Of a DNA stretch of 64,000 bases, positions 1-11,685 are shown piece after piece. The position numbers and the translations under genes were made by a program. The number at the start of each line of letters is the position of its first letter. Within the stretch, counting starts at the first letter, position 1. This stretch comes from Nemertoderma westbladi (lineage: Eukaryota; Animalia; Xenacoelomorpha): the NCBI GenBank assembly GCA_032718475.1, contig JAUCBJ010007264.1:31183-95182 (forward strand). The letters are read 5' to 3'. The notes beneath the pieces were generated by a model. The model saw only the letters and a program-made list of their open reading frames with translations, was not told where the DNA came from and did no database searches.

Positions 1-34
1 GCGGCGATTCGCATTTACTTGTGACATCGAGGCG

Positions 35-3000
35 ATGTTCCACCAGGTAAGAGCCTGTAAGGCAGACCAGGATAGCCTTCGATTTCTCTGGTTTGAGAAT
101 GAAGACTTATCCGGCCCAGTGGTTACATACCAAATGTATGTTAGGATATTTGGCGCCCGCGATAGTCCAAATGGCACGCTGTTTGTTCTAAAGAAAACGG
201 CAACAGCCCAGATTGGTAAGTATCCAGTAGAGGTTATCGAGTCTATATTGAGAAACTTCTATATGGACGACGGATTGGTGTCCAAGGACACAGCGGAACA
301 AGCCATAGAAGTGGCTCACGGCCTGCAGGAGTGCTTGGCTACAGGGGTTTTCCTCTAATCAAGTTCACCACTAATTCAGTGGCCCTATTAGAGTCGTTCC
401 CGGTGAAGGATCGCAGGAGCGGAGACATTGAATTGGGGGTAGAACCCATCCCCATGGCGCGAGTACTGGGACTCGCTTGGAATCCGAATACGGACAAGTT
501 CCAGGTAAGAGTTAGATTTGAGCCCAGTAGCCCAGATAAGGTTTTGACAAAGAGAATTTGCTTATCGACATTAAGTAGACTATTTGACCCGATTAACTTT
601 ATCAGTCCGGTAATATTACAGGCACGAGCATGCATGAGAAAAATTTGGTTGTCCGACTTAGAGTGGGACGAACCAATATCTCCTATACATGCAAAGCAGT
701 GGAGAGAGTGGGAAGCCGAGTTGCATCTATTGAAAAACATAGATGTACCCCGTTCCTACTTTCCGAATCAGTTTGTATTTCCAGCTGATTTAGAGCTGCA
801 TATGTTCAGTGACGCAAGTGACACCGGCTTTGGTATGGTAGCCTACCTTCGCCAAGAAGTAAGTCAGGATAAATTTGAGACGGCCTTTGTGACTTCTAGG
901 TCAAAGACAATGCCGGTCAAATACATGACTGTCCCTCGTGCAGAGTTACAGGCGGCAGTAGTTTCAGTTGAGGTAAGTAAGCAGATAACAGAGGAGTTAG
1001 ACACGACATTGACCTTATTCTATTGGACGGACGCATCCTTAGTGTTAGTATATATTGCGGCCGACAATATTGCACTAAAGACATTTGTGGCCAACAGACG
1101 CGCTCAGATCGTCGACTTTTCGACGAAGGAACAATGGAGACATTGTCCGGGAGTGTTAAACCCGGCCGACATAACTTCGAGAGGTGCAATGCCGGCGGAA
1201 TTCTGTCAGGAAGAGTCCCAGGAGTTTTGGTTGCATGGACCTGATTTTCTAACAAGGACACAGGAACATTGGCCAGAGCGATTAAAGATAGTGACCAATC
1301 TGATGCCTGAAGATGCAGAAGTCAAGGTGGAGAAAGTCTCTAAGTCAAAGTCTAAAGCCAAACTCAAGTCATTGGAGCGGCCTGAAGAGTCATTGGAGCG
1401 GCCTGAAGAGTTATTGGAGCGGCCCGGAGACCTGTCAGACCTACAGACTTACGTGACAACTAGGTCTGGAAGAGTAAGTTATGACGTAAAACCACCCTTA
1501 CAGACTACACGAGAGTCACAATTGGTAAGTGACGGACAGAAAATGACCGACACAATGGAGCCTTTGGTTTCCAAACCTGCGGGTTTGGATTCGAAACTTC
1601 CATTAGTTAGCAGACAACCGTCGCTGGCATTAGAGCCATGTAGTATTTATGACAAATTACTAAATTCGTCTGCCTCTTGGCTGACAATTTGTAAAAGAAC
1701 TGCGTGGTTAAGCCGATACATTTCGTACCTTTGTTTAAAACATTCGAAACATTTGGGAGAACAAATGAGCACTAATAGTGAGCGAATTCAGAAATTGAAA
1801 CAACCTCTGACAGAGGATGAAATTGATCAAGCGGAATTAAAGCATTTGAAATATTATCAAATGTGTGCCTTCCCAAAAGAATTCTATCTATTATCGGCTC
1901 AACGACCAGTTCTCTATAAACCCCTTAGAAAATGGAGTCCATTAATCCATAAAGGTTTGATTTATCATAGATCAAGAATCCAGACTGTCGACATAAACTC
2001 ACAGTTTAGGTTCCCAGTGATAATCCCTAATCACCCAATAGAATTGCAAAGAGCGATTCTATGGGATATACACAAGAGGTTGCATCACGCGGGAAGGTTA
2101 CACTGTTTGTCGGCAGCGAGACAGCGATTCATTCTATTGCAGCCAAGCAGGGCAGTAGGTACTATGTACGACGCTTGTCTGGTTTGCAAGAGGGCGAACG
2201 CCAGAGTATTGGAACAGGAGATGGCTGAACTCCCGGAAGCAAGAGTGCAGGCATATGACCCACCTTTTACAAATACAGGGGTGGATTGTTTTGGTCCGAT
2301 TGAGGCAAAGAGTGGACGGCTGACCCACAAGCGATGGGGCCTGCTACTGACATGCATGGCTAGTAGAGCCATACATATTGAGCATGTGGCAGACATGTCG
2401 ACCAAATCTTTCTTAAAGAGATTTATGGCCAGGAGAGGACTAGTAAAGGCGTTCTACTCTGACAAGTGTACAAACTTTGTCGGGGGGAATAGCGAGTTAA
2501 ACAAGGCTCACAAAGCAGCGCAGAATAAAGAAATTTCTGCAGCACTTTTGCCGCAAAGAGTAGAGTGGAGATTTAATACTCCAGAAAGTCCTTGGAGAGG
2601 AGGAAGTTGGGAGCGTTTGGTTCGTTCCATAAAGCAGGCCATTGCTAAGACATTGCCTGTAAACAAACAACTTACCGACGACGAACTGGTCACAGCTTTC
2701 ATCGAAATCGAGCATACACTAAACTCGAGGCCGATAGCTATGTTGCCAGACGGTGTTGCATTAACGCCGAATCATTTGCTAATGCAGAGTCCAGCATTTC
2801 TTGTGCCGGCATCAGAACCCATTAGTGCCGACCTATACAGTCGTAAGAGCTGGAAAGTAACACAATTTGTCGCGTACACATTCTGGGAATATTGGCAGGA
2901 ATACTATCTTCCCACCATATCCACCAGATCAAAGTGGTACAAAACGGTTCGGAGTCTCCAAAGGGGAGATTATGTATTGATAACCGAACCGATTGTCAAG

Positions 3001-3225
3001 AGAAAATATTGGGAGACTGGAGTCATCTTGCACATACACCCAGACGTGCAAAATATAGTGCGCACAGTCACTGTGAAAATTAGGTGCAAGTGTCCGCACC
3101 CAAAGAAGTGTAAAACTAATGGTTTACACACCTTGGACCGACCGGTCCAAGATATCGTGTTATTAGAGGAAACACGCATCGAGACGGGAGATTATAATTT
3201 GTCTCCTACCTCAAAACAGAATTAG
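35..3225 (+). pseudogene. pol: Bel/Pao pol of element A (RT C-half, RNase H, integrase) with a 1-bp frameshift near 345-355
   Basis: MFHQV..LRFLW, YMDD, GFPLIKF (frame switch), FDPINFISP, HMFSDAS, PRAELQAA, WRHCPGVLNPAD, HHAG..CLVC, GVDCFGP, GGSWERL, LNSRP. Confidence 0.95.
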
Positions 3226-3979
3226 TGTTGGACGCAACTCACTTCGTATGCATTCCTTGTATGCAAATACCAGGAAATGCATAGGAGTGGGTTTGCGGTG
3301 ATTTGCGTTGAGTTTTGTCTGGTTGGTATCAAAACAAAATTTTATTTTCAAAATTTTGGAAAATTAAAAAATTTTAAAAAATTAGAAATGAACCCAAGAC
3401 AATTCCAGACGCTGTGTATAGACGCGTTTTAGAATTCGTTTATAGATATACAGTAATTTGAAAAGTCGTGAAGCCTGGAAAATAGCATTTAGAAACCATG
3501 GTGACAGCTATATTACGTAGGAGTGTAAATTGAGTTTAGCAACTTCCACAGATTGGTGCCAACAGTACAACTAAGGTGCTAAAGGTTAGTAGCACCAGAG
3601 ACGTACACGACCCCACTCAGTAGTTTGCAGTGAAGTGAGATGTTCGATTATCAAACCTGTGGGTTTGGTATAGTCGAGCAATGAGACTATTGTCCTTCCT
3701 AACTACTGTAGTTTAGTATGAGTAATGGGAGTAGTTTGGGCATCAAAAAGTGAGTTGGTCACGGCCAGTTTATCTCCAAAGTTTTTGCGCTATGCATGGG
3801 AATAGGTTAGAGGATAGTTAGGAATGAGACGGGATCTAGAGAGTCGAACCTGAACTGCTGGAAGGCGGGGGGGCTCAGGAGGTCTGTCCTTCGGCGACAT
3901 CTAACTGATTTACCCACAGTGTAATTAGTTACGTAACGGAACTTATTGGGATATATAATATGTATATACGCGGCTCATA

Positions 3980-6900
3980 ATGGAGAAGGAAATTAGAGCG
4001 CAACCGCGGAGAGGATTTACTGCTAGAGAGGAGGCGGAACTACCATTTGCCCGACCGGGATGTAAAGATTCGAATGTTTACTATCATGGAAGGTCGTTAA
4101 TGGAGCTAAATGGAAAGTATAAACCTGCGTACGATAAGGAATTAAGGAGAGAAAGAATGAGAGCGTTGGGGGACCGTATGGAAGATTTGCGGAAGGAGTA
4201 TCGCACTCGGTATCCCTACGATTTTGCGTTAGACGTATGCGTCATTAGTGCGGACCCGGACGAGGAGATCGCACGGTTGTACCATATGAACATGTATTTA
4301 CGACACAACAAACCTCTACCTGCAGTCCGAGATCAGTTCGACGGAATGCATCTATACCGGAGGACTCGAGGCGAGGATCAAGAGACGTCAAAGGTCTTCA
4401 GTGTATACAAGTTGTTCTATAAATGTGGTGAATGCATGAACAAACAAGACGTGGCGATTCCCGACCGACTGGACGAGCAACATCCTGAACCGATATTAAC
4501 GCGATGTCAAGCTCACCAGTTCCTTAGATACAACGAGGGAGGTTACCCAATGAGCAACCTGATGATTAGTATCGACTTCAGCAGAAAGCGACCTCCAAGA
4601 CCCATTACGCCGACCGTTACGACATTAGATCCGTATACGGAGATTAAACCCTGTTCGACACTCAGTTTGATAGAGACGGCAGCGGCCATTTCGCTGTACC
4701 GAGCCTACAAGGACCTAGAGGCGCGGCGCGAAGCGGCACGGGACTCGGGTACCAAACCCACGGATTTGGAGCTCTCGAGTCCCTGGACTCCGTTTACTTC
4801 GCCTCATCGAGCGAGAAACCTCACGCCTGAGCATCAGGACGACATAGACGCGTTGCGGCGGAAGGCGAAACAGTTATTCCAAGCACGGGTAGCGGAATAT
4901 AATAAGACCGCGGATAGACATCAGGAGGAGACGAGGAGAGTGACCGGATTTGTTCCACAGGCCTTATCTCAACCCCGACTGGTGTATTATTCCGACGGCA
5001 ACGAACCTGCGATATTGGTAGATCACCCAGAGTCGCGAGAAGCGATTAGATTCTTGCCGATGGTAAGGATGTCGGATCATTGGAATGTCGACTGTCTACG
5101 GGAAGTTTTATGCGCGAAGTTCTTGCGTGATGTCCCAATGCAGATCACGGATTATGACACATTGGACAAGATTGGAGCTCCGGGGAAGGAGAGTAAGTTA
5201 TTCGGATGGTTGGATAAGTACATCAAGGTATGGGTCGCGGTGGCTACGTTCCCAGACGACGAGGAGGTAGACCAGGCATGGCTGAGGAGGAAGAGTTCTT
5301 ACACCCGATATGACGACCACAAGGCTATCGAGCGCATGTGGACCCCATCAGACGAGATTCAGCGTCAGTGGAGGAAAACGGAGGAATCACTACAGGATTG
5401 GAGAGTGATGTTCTACGACAATGAAGGAGGGTCTCATCAGGAATGCTTGACTAGCAAATGCATTCAAATTCGCGCGGCCGACAGTGTGACTCATGTGTTT
5501 ATGCGTGTAAGGGCAGATCGAGAGAGACCGGAGCCCATAATAACGACACAATATCGGAAAGGGAAGGATCCTAGGGAACAGATTTTGGAGGTATGCAGGC
5601 GAGGAGGTATGCATGGAGCGGAGCGTATTGACGCCAGGATGCTACCCAATAAGGTTAGAGAGGCTATTCTCAACCAAGATTATGTCAAGGTGGGATCGGG
5701 AGTCCAGAGCGATTTGGAGAGTGACTTTAACGCCATGACTGATTTGGAAGATAGATTGCCGAGACCATTTGTCGACACCAAGCTATTGTTGCTATGGGCA
5801 CAGGATATTGTAATTTATAGGGAGTATCCCAACTCTGCCAAGACTGGTATGGGCTTCATAGCATATTTGTTGTATAATTGGGACTTTAAGTTGAAGACGC
5901 AGCAGAAGTACGAGGAGGCGTATGGTGAATATAACACGCCACCGGGGGCGGAGTTCAAATCCCACTTCAAGCGGCAAGCGTTAGTGTATTGGAATATTTG
6001 CGCGCCACCCCGTGCGTCATTACAATATTATTTGGTGCTTGAGTCGAACACGGTAACTTGTTTATTAGCGGATATCGTTGCGCGAGTTTTGAAGCGTCAT
6101 CCATTGGTATTCGGAGGAGATCAATACGTTCGTTCGAAAGGGGGAATCCAATCCGACGTGATGAAGCGTTTCTTAACCCCGTTCTTCAACCAATCGTTAG
6201 AGAATACGTCGATGGTTAGGAGAGGATTAGCGATATTCGAAGGGATATATCGACAGAACATCGGAGATTTGGGAGACCGACCGTCGATGGAGAATCCGAT
6301 GCCAGAGGCTTTGGAGAAGTGGTTCGGGAATCAAACCCGCGGGTTTGGTACTCCCTTCCACTCGGAGGCTGATAGACCTGTTAGAGAGGGTTGGCCGGAG
6401 ACGTTAGTAGAGGTGTTTGGAGTAGATCTTCCGGTGGAGAAGACATATCCGAAATGAACGCGGGAGGAAATATTGGAGATAGAGGGCAAGGGCGAGGATG
6501 TTTACTTTGTTCCGGATCGACAACCGCTGACCGGAGAGGACGACATCGTATTAGACATTGGGAAAGAAGGAAGTGCGAAACCGATTGGAGACCTCATATA
6601 CGAGAGGGCCTGGTTTCCACAATCGCGTAGGTGTAAGTTGTGCGGCAGCACAAGGCACAATCAAAAATCGTGCGACACGGTAGTGGAAGCGGCGCATAAG
6701 GTTTGCCGTTGGTGCAATGAGACCGACCATTCGTTTCATACATGCACCGTCTTCATTTCTCAATGTGGATATTGTGGAGTAAAGGGACATCGTAGCGCGA
6801 GATGCCAACTGCGAGACGATTCCTTCCAAAACCATAGCGCTAACCTACTTCGGGAGATGCTAGATAAGTGGGAGAGTGTGGCTGACTACCACATCCAAGC

Positions 6901-7672
6901 GCAGATGCGTTGGTTACCATTTAAGGCGGGATATGGATTTTGGGCAGTAGACCCATCACACGTTGCATATGAGCCATATCTACAGTCGTTACCACAATAT
7001 CAGGAGCTCATACTAACCGCTCAAGACCTTCCACAGAACACTGAAGTCATCGTTGTTCGGGAATACTTCAGACAATTGAACATGGATAACAAGTACACTT
7101 GGAACTTTGTTGCTATTTGCGACCGCATAACGAAAGGTCTGTTTTCGGAAACTAGAAAAGTGGTGCGCGCGCGAAGAGATTGGAGGATGGCGGCTATACA
7201 GTACCGCAACGAGTTCCTATTGACTCACGTACCAGTGGGGTCATTGACCGCTAAGAGGATCGACGAACAGCGAACCGCAGCGCCCACAGCGACGACCGTT
7301 GGAGCTCAAGGCTCACGGAAGGAACCAAGAGGAGAGGTCCAAGACAAGCGTCAAGTCAAGGACGATCACTATCATTCTATTATAGAGGCTCAGCGATTGC
7401 AACGCAAGGCGCAAGGGGCGTCGGAAAAGGCCTGGGTGCAATTGCAGAAGGAAGAGTTGGTGGAAGCGACCACAGGAGCATGACAATTGGGACGAGGCCG
7501 AGGGAGAAGTACGAGCCGGGAATCTGTCGGGGCTCAGGGAACATCGTCGCCGGTTCCGGGGAGTGACGCCTCGCGGACAACGTCAACAGAATCGACTGGA
7601 GGACGGTTGGTGTATCTGGGAAGGGGGCAGAAGAGAGAAGCGAGCCCAAAGAACCCAGGAGCGGGTCGGTAA
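3980..7672 (+). pseudogene. Element A ORF2: CxxC/CxxH finger + DEDDy-type 3'-5' exonuclease + 3 CCHC knuckles, broken by in-frame TGA at 6455 and 7481
   Basis: ORFs 3980-6457, 6473-7483 and 7487-7672 share one frame. ExoI FYDNEG (5411-5428), ExoII KVGSGVQSDL, FVDT, ExoIII W..PRASLQYYLVLE (~6041). Knuckles CKLCGSTRHNQKSC, CRWCNETDHSFHTC, CGYCGVKGHRSARC. Colinear with 41559-45551. Confidence 0.85.
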
Positions 7673-8194
7673 TGCATACATATCACGGGGCGACAGACTC
7701 TAGATATATACATCATCGTCGCTCTGATGTATATTGTAGCATTTTCGTAAATATCCGACTGGACTCATATACACTAGTCGTACCTATTTGAATTTATGTT
7801 ATGAGAGAGACGAAGGAGGTGATTGGGGAGACAAACCTGCGGGTTTGGCTTACTCCTTTCACCTGCCCTAGCAAATTTTTATATATTGTAAAAGTGAATA
7901 TTTTTGTAAATTTAATTTGTATGTAGTAATCATTATGTAGAACGAATGAGAAACAGTATTTGTAAATTTAATTTGTATGTAATAATCGTTAACTTTGAAA
8001 GAGATAATATTTTGTAAATTTAATTTGTATGCAATTCATTATGCAATATCTATAGCAATATTTGTAAATAGTAGAGTTATTATAGTTATTTAGATTATTT
8101 TAAAAGCGAATTATTTTGTTTGTATACATCGCCTTATACTCTTCTACAATTGGAGGGAAACATTGTATGATTTCCCTCGGAGCAGTGTTACGGT

Positions 8195-11026
8195 ATGTGG
8201 CGCTGTACATATATTAGTCCGTCGATAGACGAAGAACCGTCGATAATACCGGCATATAAGATGGTAGTACAAAACATGGGGGCCAAGTCGTCTTCATTTA
8301 CGACGACTATGGCAGTGAGGGACACAGTGAAAGGGAAGGAAGATAGATACAGCAGTAGGGCCGTCGATATGATTCGACGTGGCTTCTACGTAGACGACGG
8401 AATGGAATCTGGAAATACGGTTAAGGAAATACTGGACACAGGGCGCGAGGTTCGCGACATCCTAAAAGGATCCGGTTTTAACCTGACCAAATTCCAATCC
8501 AGTTCGGAAGAATTTATCAAGGCGATAGAGGACAAGAGGCCAGAATCGACCATGGATAATCCCACAACGGCCAAAGGGCAGGACATGGCGATTAAAAGAA
8601 CAGAATCTCAACAGAAGGCATTGGGAATCGTGTGGGATAGAGAGACAGACGAACTTAAATATCAGCTGAGCCAAGAGGGCGCAGACATCCACACGAAGTG
8701 GGGCTATGTATCGTATATAGCAAGGATATACGATCCCCTAGGCCTAGCATCCCCATTATTAGTCACGGGTAAACAGATACTCAAAAGAGTATACAAATTG
8801 AAGGATGAGTGGGACGTAGAGGTACCAGAGGAAATCAAGAAGCAGTGGAGCAAGTGGACAAGAGACTTGGAGAAGATGGGAACATACAACTTGCCCCGAG
8901 TGTATTTCCCGGATGGGAACATCACGAGTCTGGACCTACACATGTTCTCCGATGCGTCGTTGGAGGCGTACGGAGCGGCACTCTATTTAGTACAACGAGA
9001 GGGGGCTCATAAGCCCAGACTAGCCTTTAGCAAAGCAAAGTCAACGCCGCCAGATTCAGCATCAGTTCCCAAGTTAGAATTGACAGCTGCGAGACTAGGA
9101 GTTAGAGCCACAGCCTACCTAGTGGATACTATTCCCAACATAGTGGAGACACACTACTGGACGGACTCCATGGTAGTGCTTGGTTGGCTACATAACGAAA
9201 GGACGAGATACCCGATATTCGTCGCAAATAGAGTGGACGAAATAAGGGCGACCACAGAACTGGAAAGGTGGCACTACTGCCCAACAGACGAGAACCCAGC
9301 GGACTTGCTGTCGAGGGGCGTAGAACGCCACACTTTCCTGAAGAAGGAAGTATTGTGGCAGCATGGGCCACAATTTCTGAGCGATAAGGAGGCCTGGCCG
9401 CCGATGAGAAAGGTGGATCCGGGCTCAGAAGTGGTATCAGAAGGAGAAGAGGGAGATTCAGAGGGAGAAGAGATATACTCCCAGATGGTGAGGGAGATTA
9501 GGGACGTGCAACCAGGACGAGAACTGTGCGATAACCCGACGGATAAACTCCTCAGCTACAGTTCTAGTTGGTATAAGACCAAGAAACTAGTGGCGTACTG
9601 GAGAGCCTTCGGGAATTTCCTTGCGGGAGTTGGCAAGGACAAGAAGATCAGGACAACCATAGATCTGGAAGGAGCGGCCAAGGCAGTGATCCGCTATGAA
9701 CAACGGAAGAACTACGGCGACGAGGTGGAACGCGTCGGTAACCAACAGCACCTCCGACGGGACAGCGAGCTGATTACGCTGTCGCCACAACTCAATGACG
9801 ACGGGATTCTAGTAATGAATTCTAGGGTGGGATACAACAACAGCATAGTCGTACCACCGAAACCCATCATCATTCCCACGGGATCGCCAATAGTCCACCA
9901 GATTATCTGGGACTCCCATAAGTCGATATTGCACGGGGGCACCAACCGAACCCTCACAGAGATAAGGAGGACCTATTGGGTCAAACAATTAAGGAAGAAG
10001 GTTAAAGCGGTAGTGGGGCAGTGCCAGACCTGCCGACGAGCGAAGAAGGAGCGAGCCGTACAGGAGATGGCGCCACTACCGGCGAGTAGGGTAAGACAGC
10101 ACGACCCGCCATTTACGCATTGCGGTGTGGACATGTTCGGGCCGATAAAGATCAAAGTGATGCGACACACGGAGAAACGCTACGGCATCATCTTCGTATG
10201 CAACAACACACGGGCGGTAGGGATAGAACTCGCCCAAGATGCAACTGCATCAGCATTCATTAATGCCTTAGAAAGGTTTAGGGACCGCAAAGGTGGGACG
10301 ATCGCAGTGATATACAGCGACAACGGCACCAACTTTGTGGGCGCAGAGAGTGAGATGGCAGAGGCCTTGGACATCTTGGAGGGAGAAGAAGTCAGGGCAG
10401 CCATGAGGCGACGACAAGTAAAGTGGGAGAGAAGGACGCCGTATGCACCACATACACTAGGGTGCGTCGAGAGACTGGTGGGCAGTTCAAAGCGTCTAAT
10501 GACGAAGCTAATGAACACCCACATGGTCACTGAGGACGTCTTACGGACAGTACTTGCGAAGTGCGAGGGGATCATTAATAGCAGACCGCTATATCCGGAG
10601 AATGATGACCCTGAGTCGTTAGACGTGCTGACGCCTAGCCATTTCCTGATGGAAAGGCCAGCGACCATCGATATGCGGGGTGTAGACCCAGATGACATAC
10701 ACTCCCGCCAAAGTTGGAAAGTCGCTAAAGCAATAAGCGCAGAGTATTGGAGGAGGTGGGTAGAAGAATACCTACCCACGCTCCATAAGCGAAGCAAGTG
10801 GAGGAAGCCGAACAGGGAGTTAAGAGTAGGAGATCTCGTAATCGTTACGGATGATACTATCATCAACAACCAGTGGCGGTTGGCGAGAGTTGTAGGCACC
10901 TACTCCGATGAGGACGGAAGTGTCCGATCGGTAGAAGTGCGGGTAGGTGGTAAGATAGGTGCGAAGGACAGGAAACCCTACAGGAGAGCAGTAGGCAAAT
11001 GCTGTCTGCTAGAAGGAGCACCTTAA
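8195..11026 (+). CDS. pol: Bel/Pao pol of element B (partial RT, RNase H, integrase); the first ~20 codons are probably junction sequence
   Basis: FYVDD, GFNLTKF, YDPLG, HMFSDAS, VPKLELTAA, ENPADLLSRG, HGG..CQTC, GVDMFGP, SDNGTNF, VERL, INSRPL. Confidence 0.93.
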   Translation: MWRCTYISPSIDEEPSIIPAYKMVVQNMGAKSSSFTTTMAVRDTVKGKEDRYSSRAVDMIRRGFYVDDGMESGNTVKEILDTGREVRDILKGSGFNLTKFQSSSEEFIKAIEDKRPESTMDNPTTAKGQDMAIKRTESQQKALGIVWDRETDELKYQLSQEGADIHTKWGYVSYIARIYDPLGLASPLLVTGKQILKRVYKLKDEWDVEVPEEIKKQWSKWTRDLEKMGTYNLPRVYFPDGNITSLDLHMFSDASLEAYGAALYLVQREGAHKPRLAFSKAKSTPPDSASVPKLELTAARLGVRATAYLVDTIPNIVETHYWTDSMVVLGWLHNERTRYPIFVANRVDEIRATTELERWHYCPTDENPADLLSRGVERHTFLKKEVLWQHGPQFLSDKEAWPPMRKVDPGSEVVSEGEEGDSEGEEIYSQMVREIRDVQPGRELCDNPTDKLLSYSSSWYKTKKLVAYWRAFGNFLAGVGKDKKIRTTIDLEGAAKAVIRYEQRKNYGDEVERVGNQQHLRRDSELITLSPQLNDDGILVMNSRVGYNNSIVVPPKPIIIPTGSPIVHQIIWDSHKSILHGGTNRTLTEIRRTYWVKQLRKKVKAVVGQCQTCRRAKKERAVQEMAPLPASRVRQHDPPFTHCGVDMFGPIKIKVMRHTEKRYGIIFVCNNTRAVGIELAQDATASAFINALERFRDRKGGTIAVIYSDNGTNFVGAESEMAEALDILEGEEVRAAMRRRQVKWERRTPYAPHTLGCVERLVGSSKRLMTKLMNTHMVTEDVLRTVLAKCEGIINSRPLYPENDDPESLDVLTPSHFLMERPATIDMRGVDPDDIHSRQSWKVAKAISAEYWRRWVEEYLPTLHKRSKWRKPNRELRVGDLVIVTDDTIINNQWRLARVVGTYSDEDGSVRSVEVRVGGKIGAKDRKPYRRAVGKCCLLEGAP

Positions 11027-11180
11027 CTTGGAGTTAGAGTAGAGTTTAGTCGTCCAAGATTTGGACTGAGGGGGGTGGGATTGAGGGCGAGACGCCCTTC
11101 CCACACAAATAAAATAAAAATAAAATAAAAATAATAAGTACACAGTAGGTACGCAGTTAGTAGGCAGAAGTTAGTTAAGA

Positions 11181-11685
11181 GGTACGTAGTACCTAGTTAG
11201 TTAGTTAGTTAGGAGGTACGTAGTACCGATAGTTAGTTAGAGAGTTAGAGGGTACGTAGTACCGATAGTTAGTTAGAGAGTTAGGAGGGTACGTAGTACC
11301 GATAGTTAGTTAGAGAGTTAGAGGGTACGTAAGTACCGATAGTTAGTTAGAGAGTTAGAGGGTACGTAGTACCGATAGTTAGTTAGTTAATTAGGGGTAC
11401 GTAGTACCGTAGTTAGTTAGAGAGTTAGAGGGTACGTAAGTACCGCTAGTTAGTTAGAGAGTTAGAGGGTACGTAAGTACCGTTAGTTAGTTAGAGAGTT
11501 AGAGGGTACGTAAGTACCGTTAGTTAGTTAGAGAGTTCAGAGGGTACGTAGTACCGTTAGTTAGAGAAGAGTTAGAGGGTACGTAGTACCGTTAGTTAGA
11601 GGAGAGTTAGAGGGTACGTAGTACCGTTAGTTAGAGAAGAGTTAGAGTTAGAGGGTACGTAGTACCGTTAGTTAGAGAGAGAGAG
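11181..11685 (+). repeat. Tandem array of about 14 units of ~35 bp, each with the hairpin GGTAC-GTA(A)-GTACC followed by (TTAG)n/AGAG
   Basis: Read directly; lies just after the pol stop of element B. Confidence 0.9.

Larger units (their letters stand above)
1..8195 (+). mobile_element. Bel/Pao LTR retrotransposon A (5' part outside window; 3' LTR missing or truncated), carrying an accessory exonuclease/zinc-knuckle ORF2
   Basis: RT-RNaseH-IN pol with Pao motifs, a 755-bp spacer, a large ORF2, then an AT-rich 3' UTR. The 3' boundary is approximate. Confidence 0.85.

Noticed and set aside
10180-10899. 239-aa antisense ORF (and a similar one at 49769-50425)
   Set aside because: Entirely opposite conserved pol sequence with no recognisable motifs.
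11181-11685. CRISPR or telomeric array
   Set aside because: Spacers are near-identical low-complexity TTAG/AGAG rather than unique, and there is no pure TTAGG(G) run.
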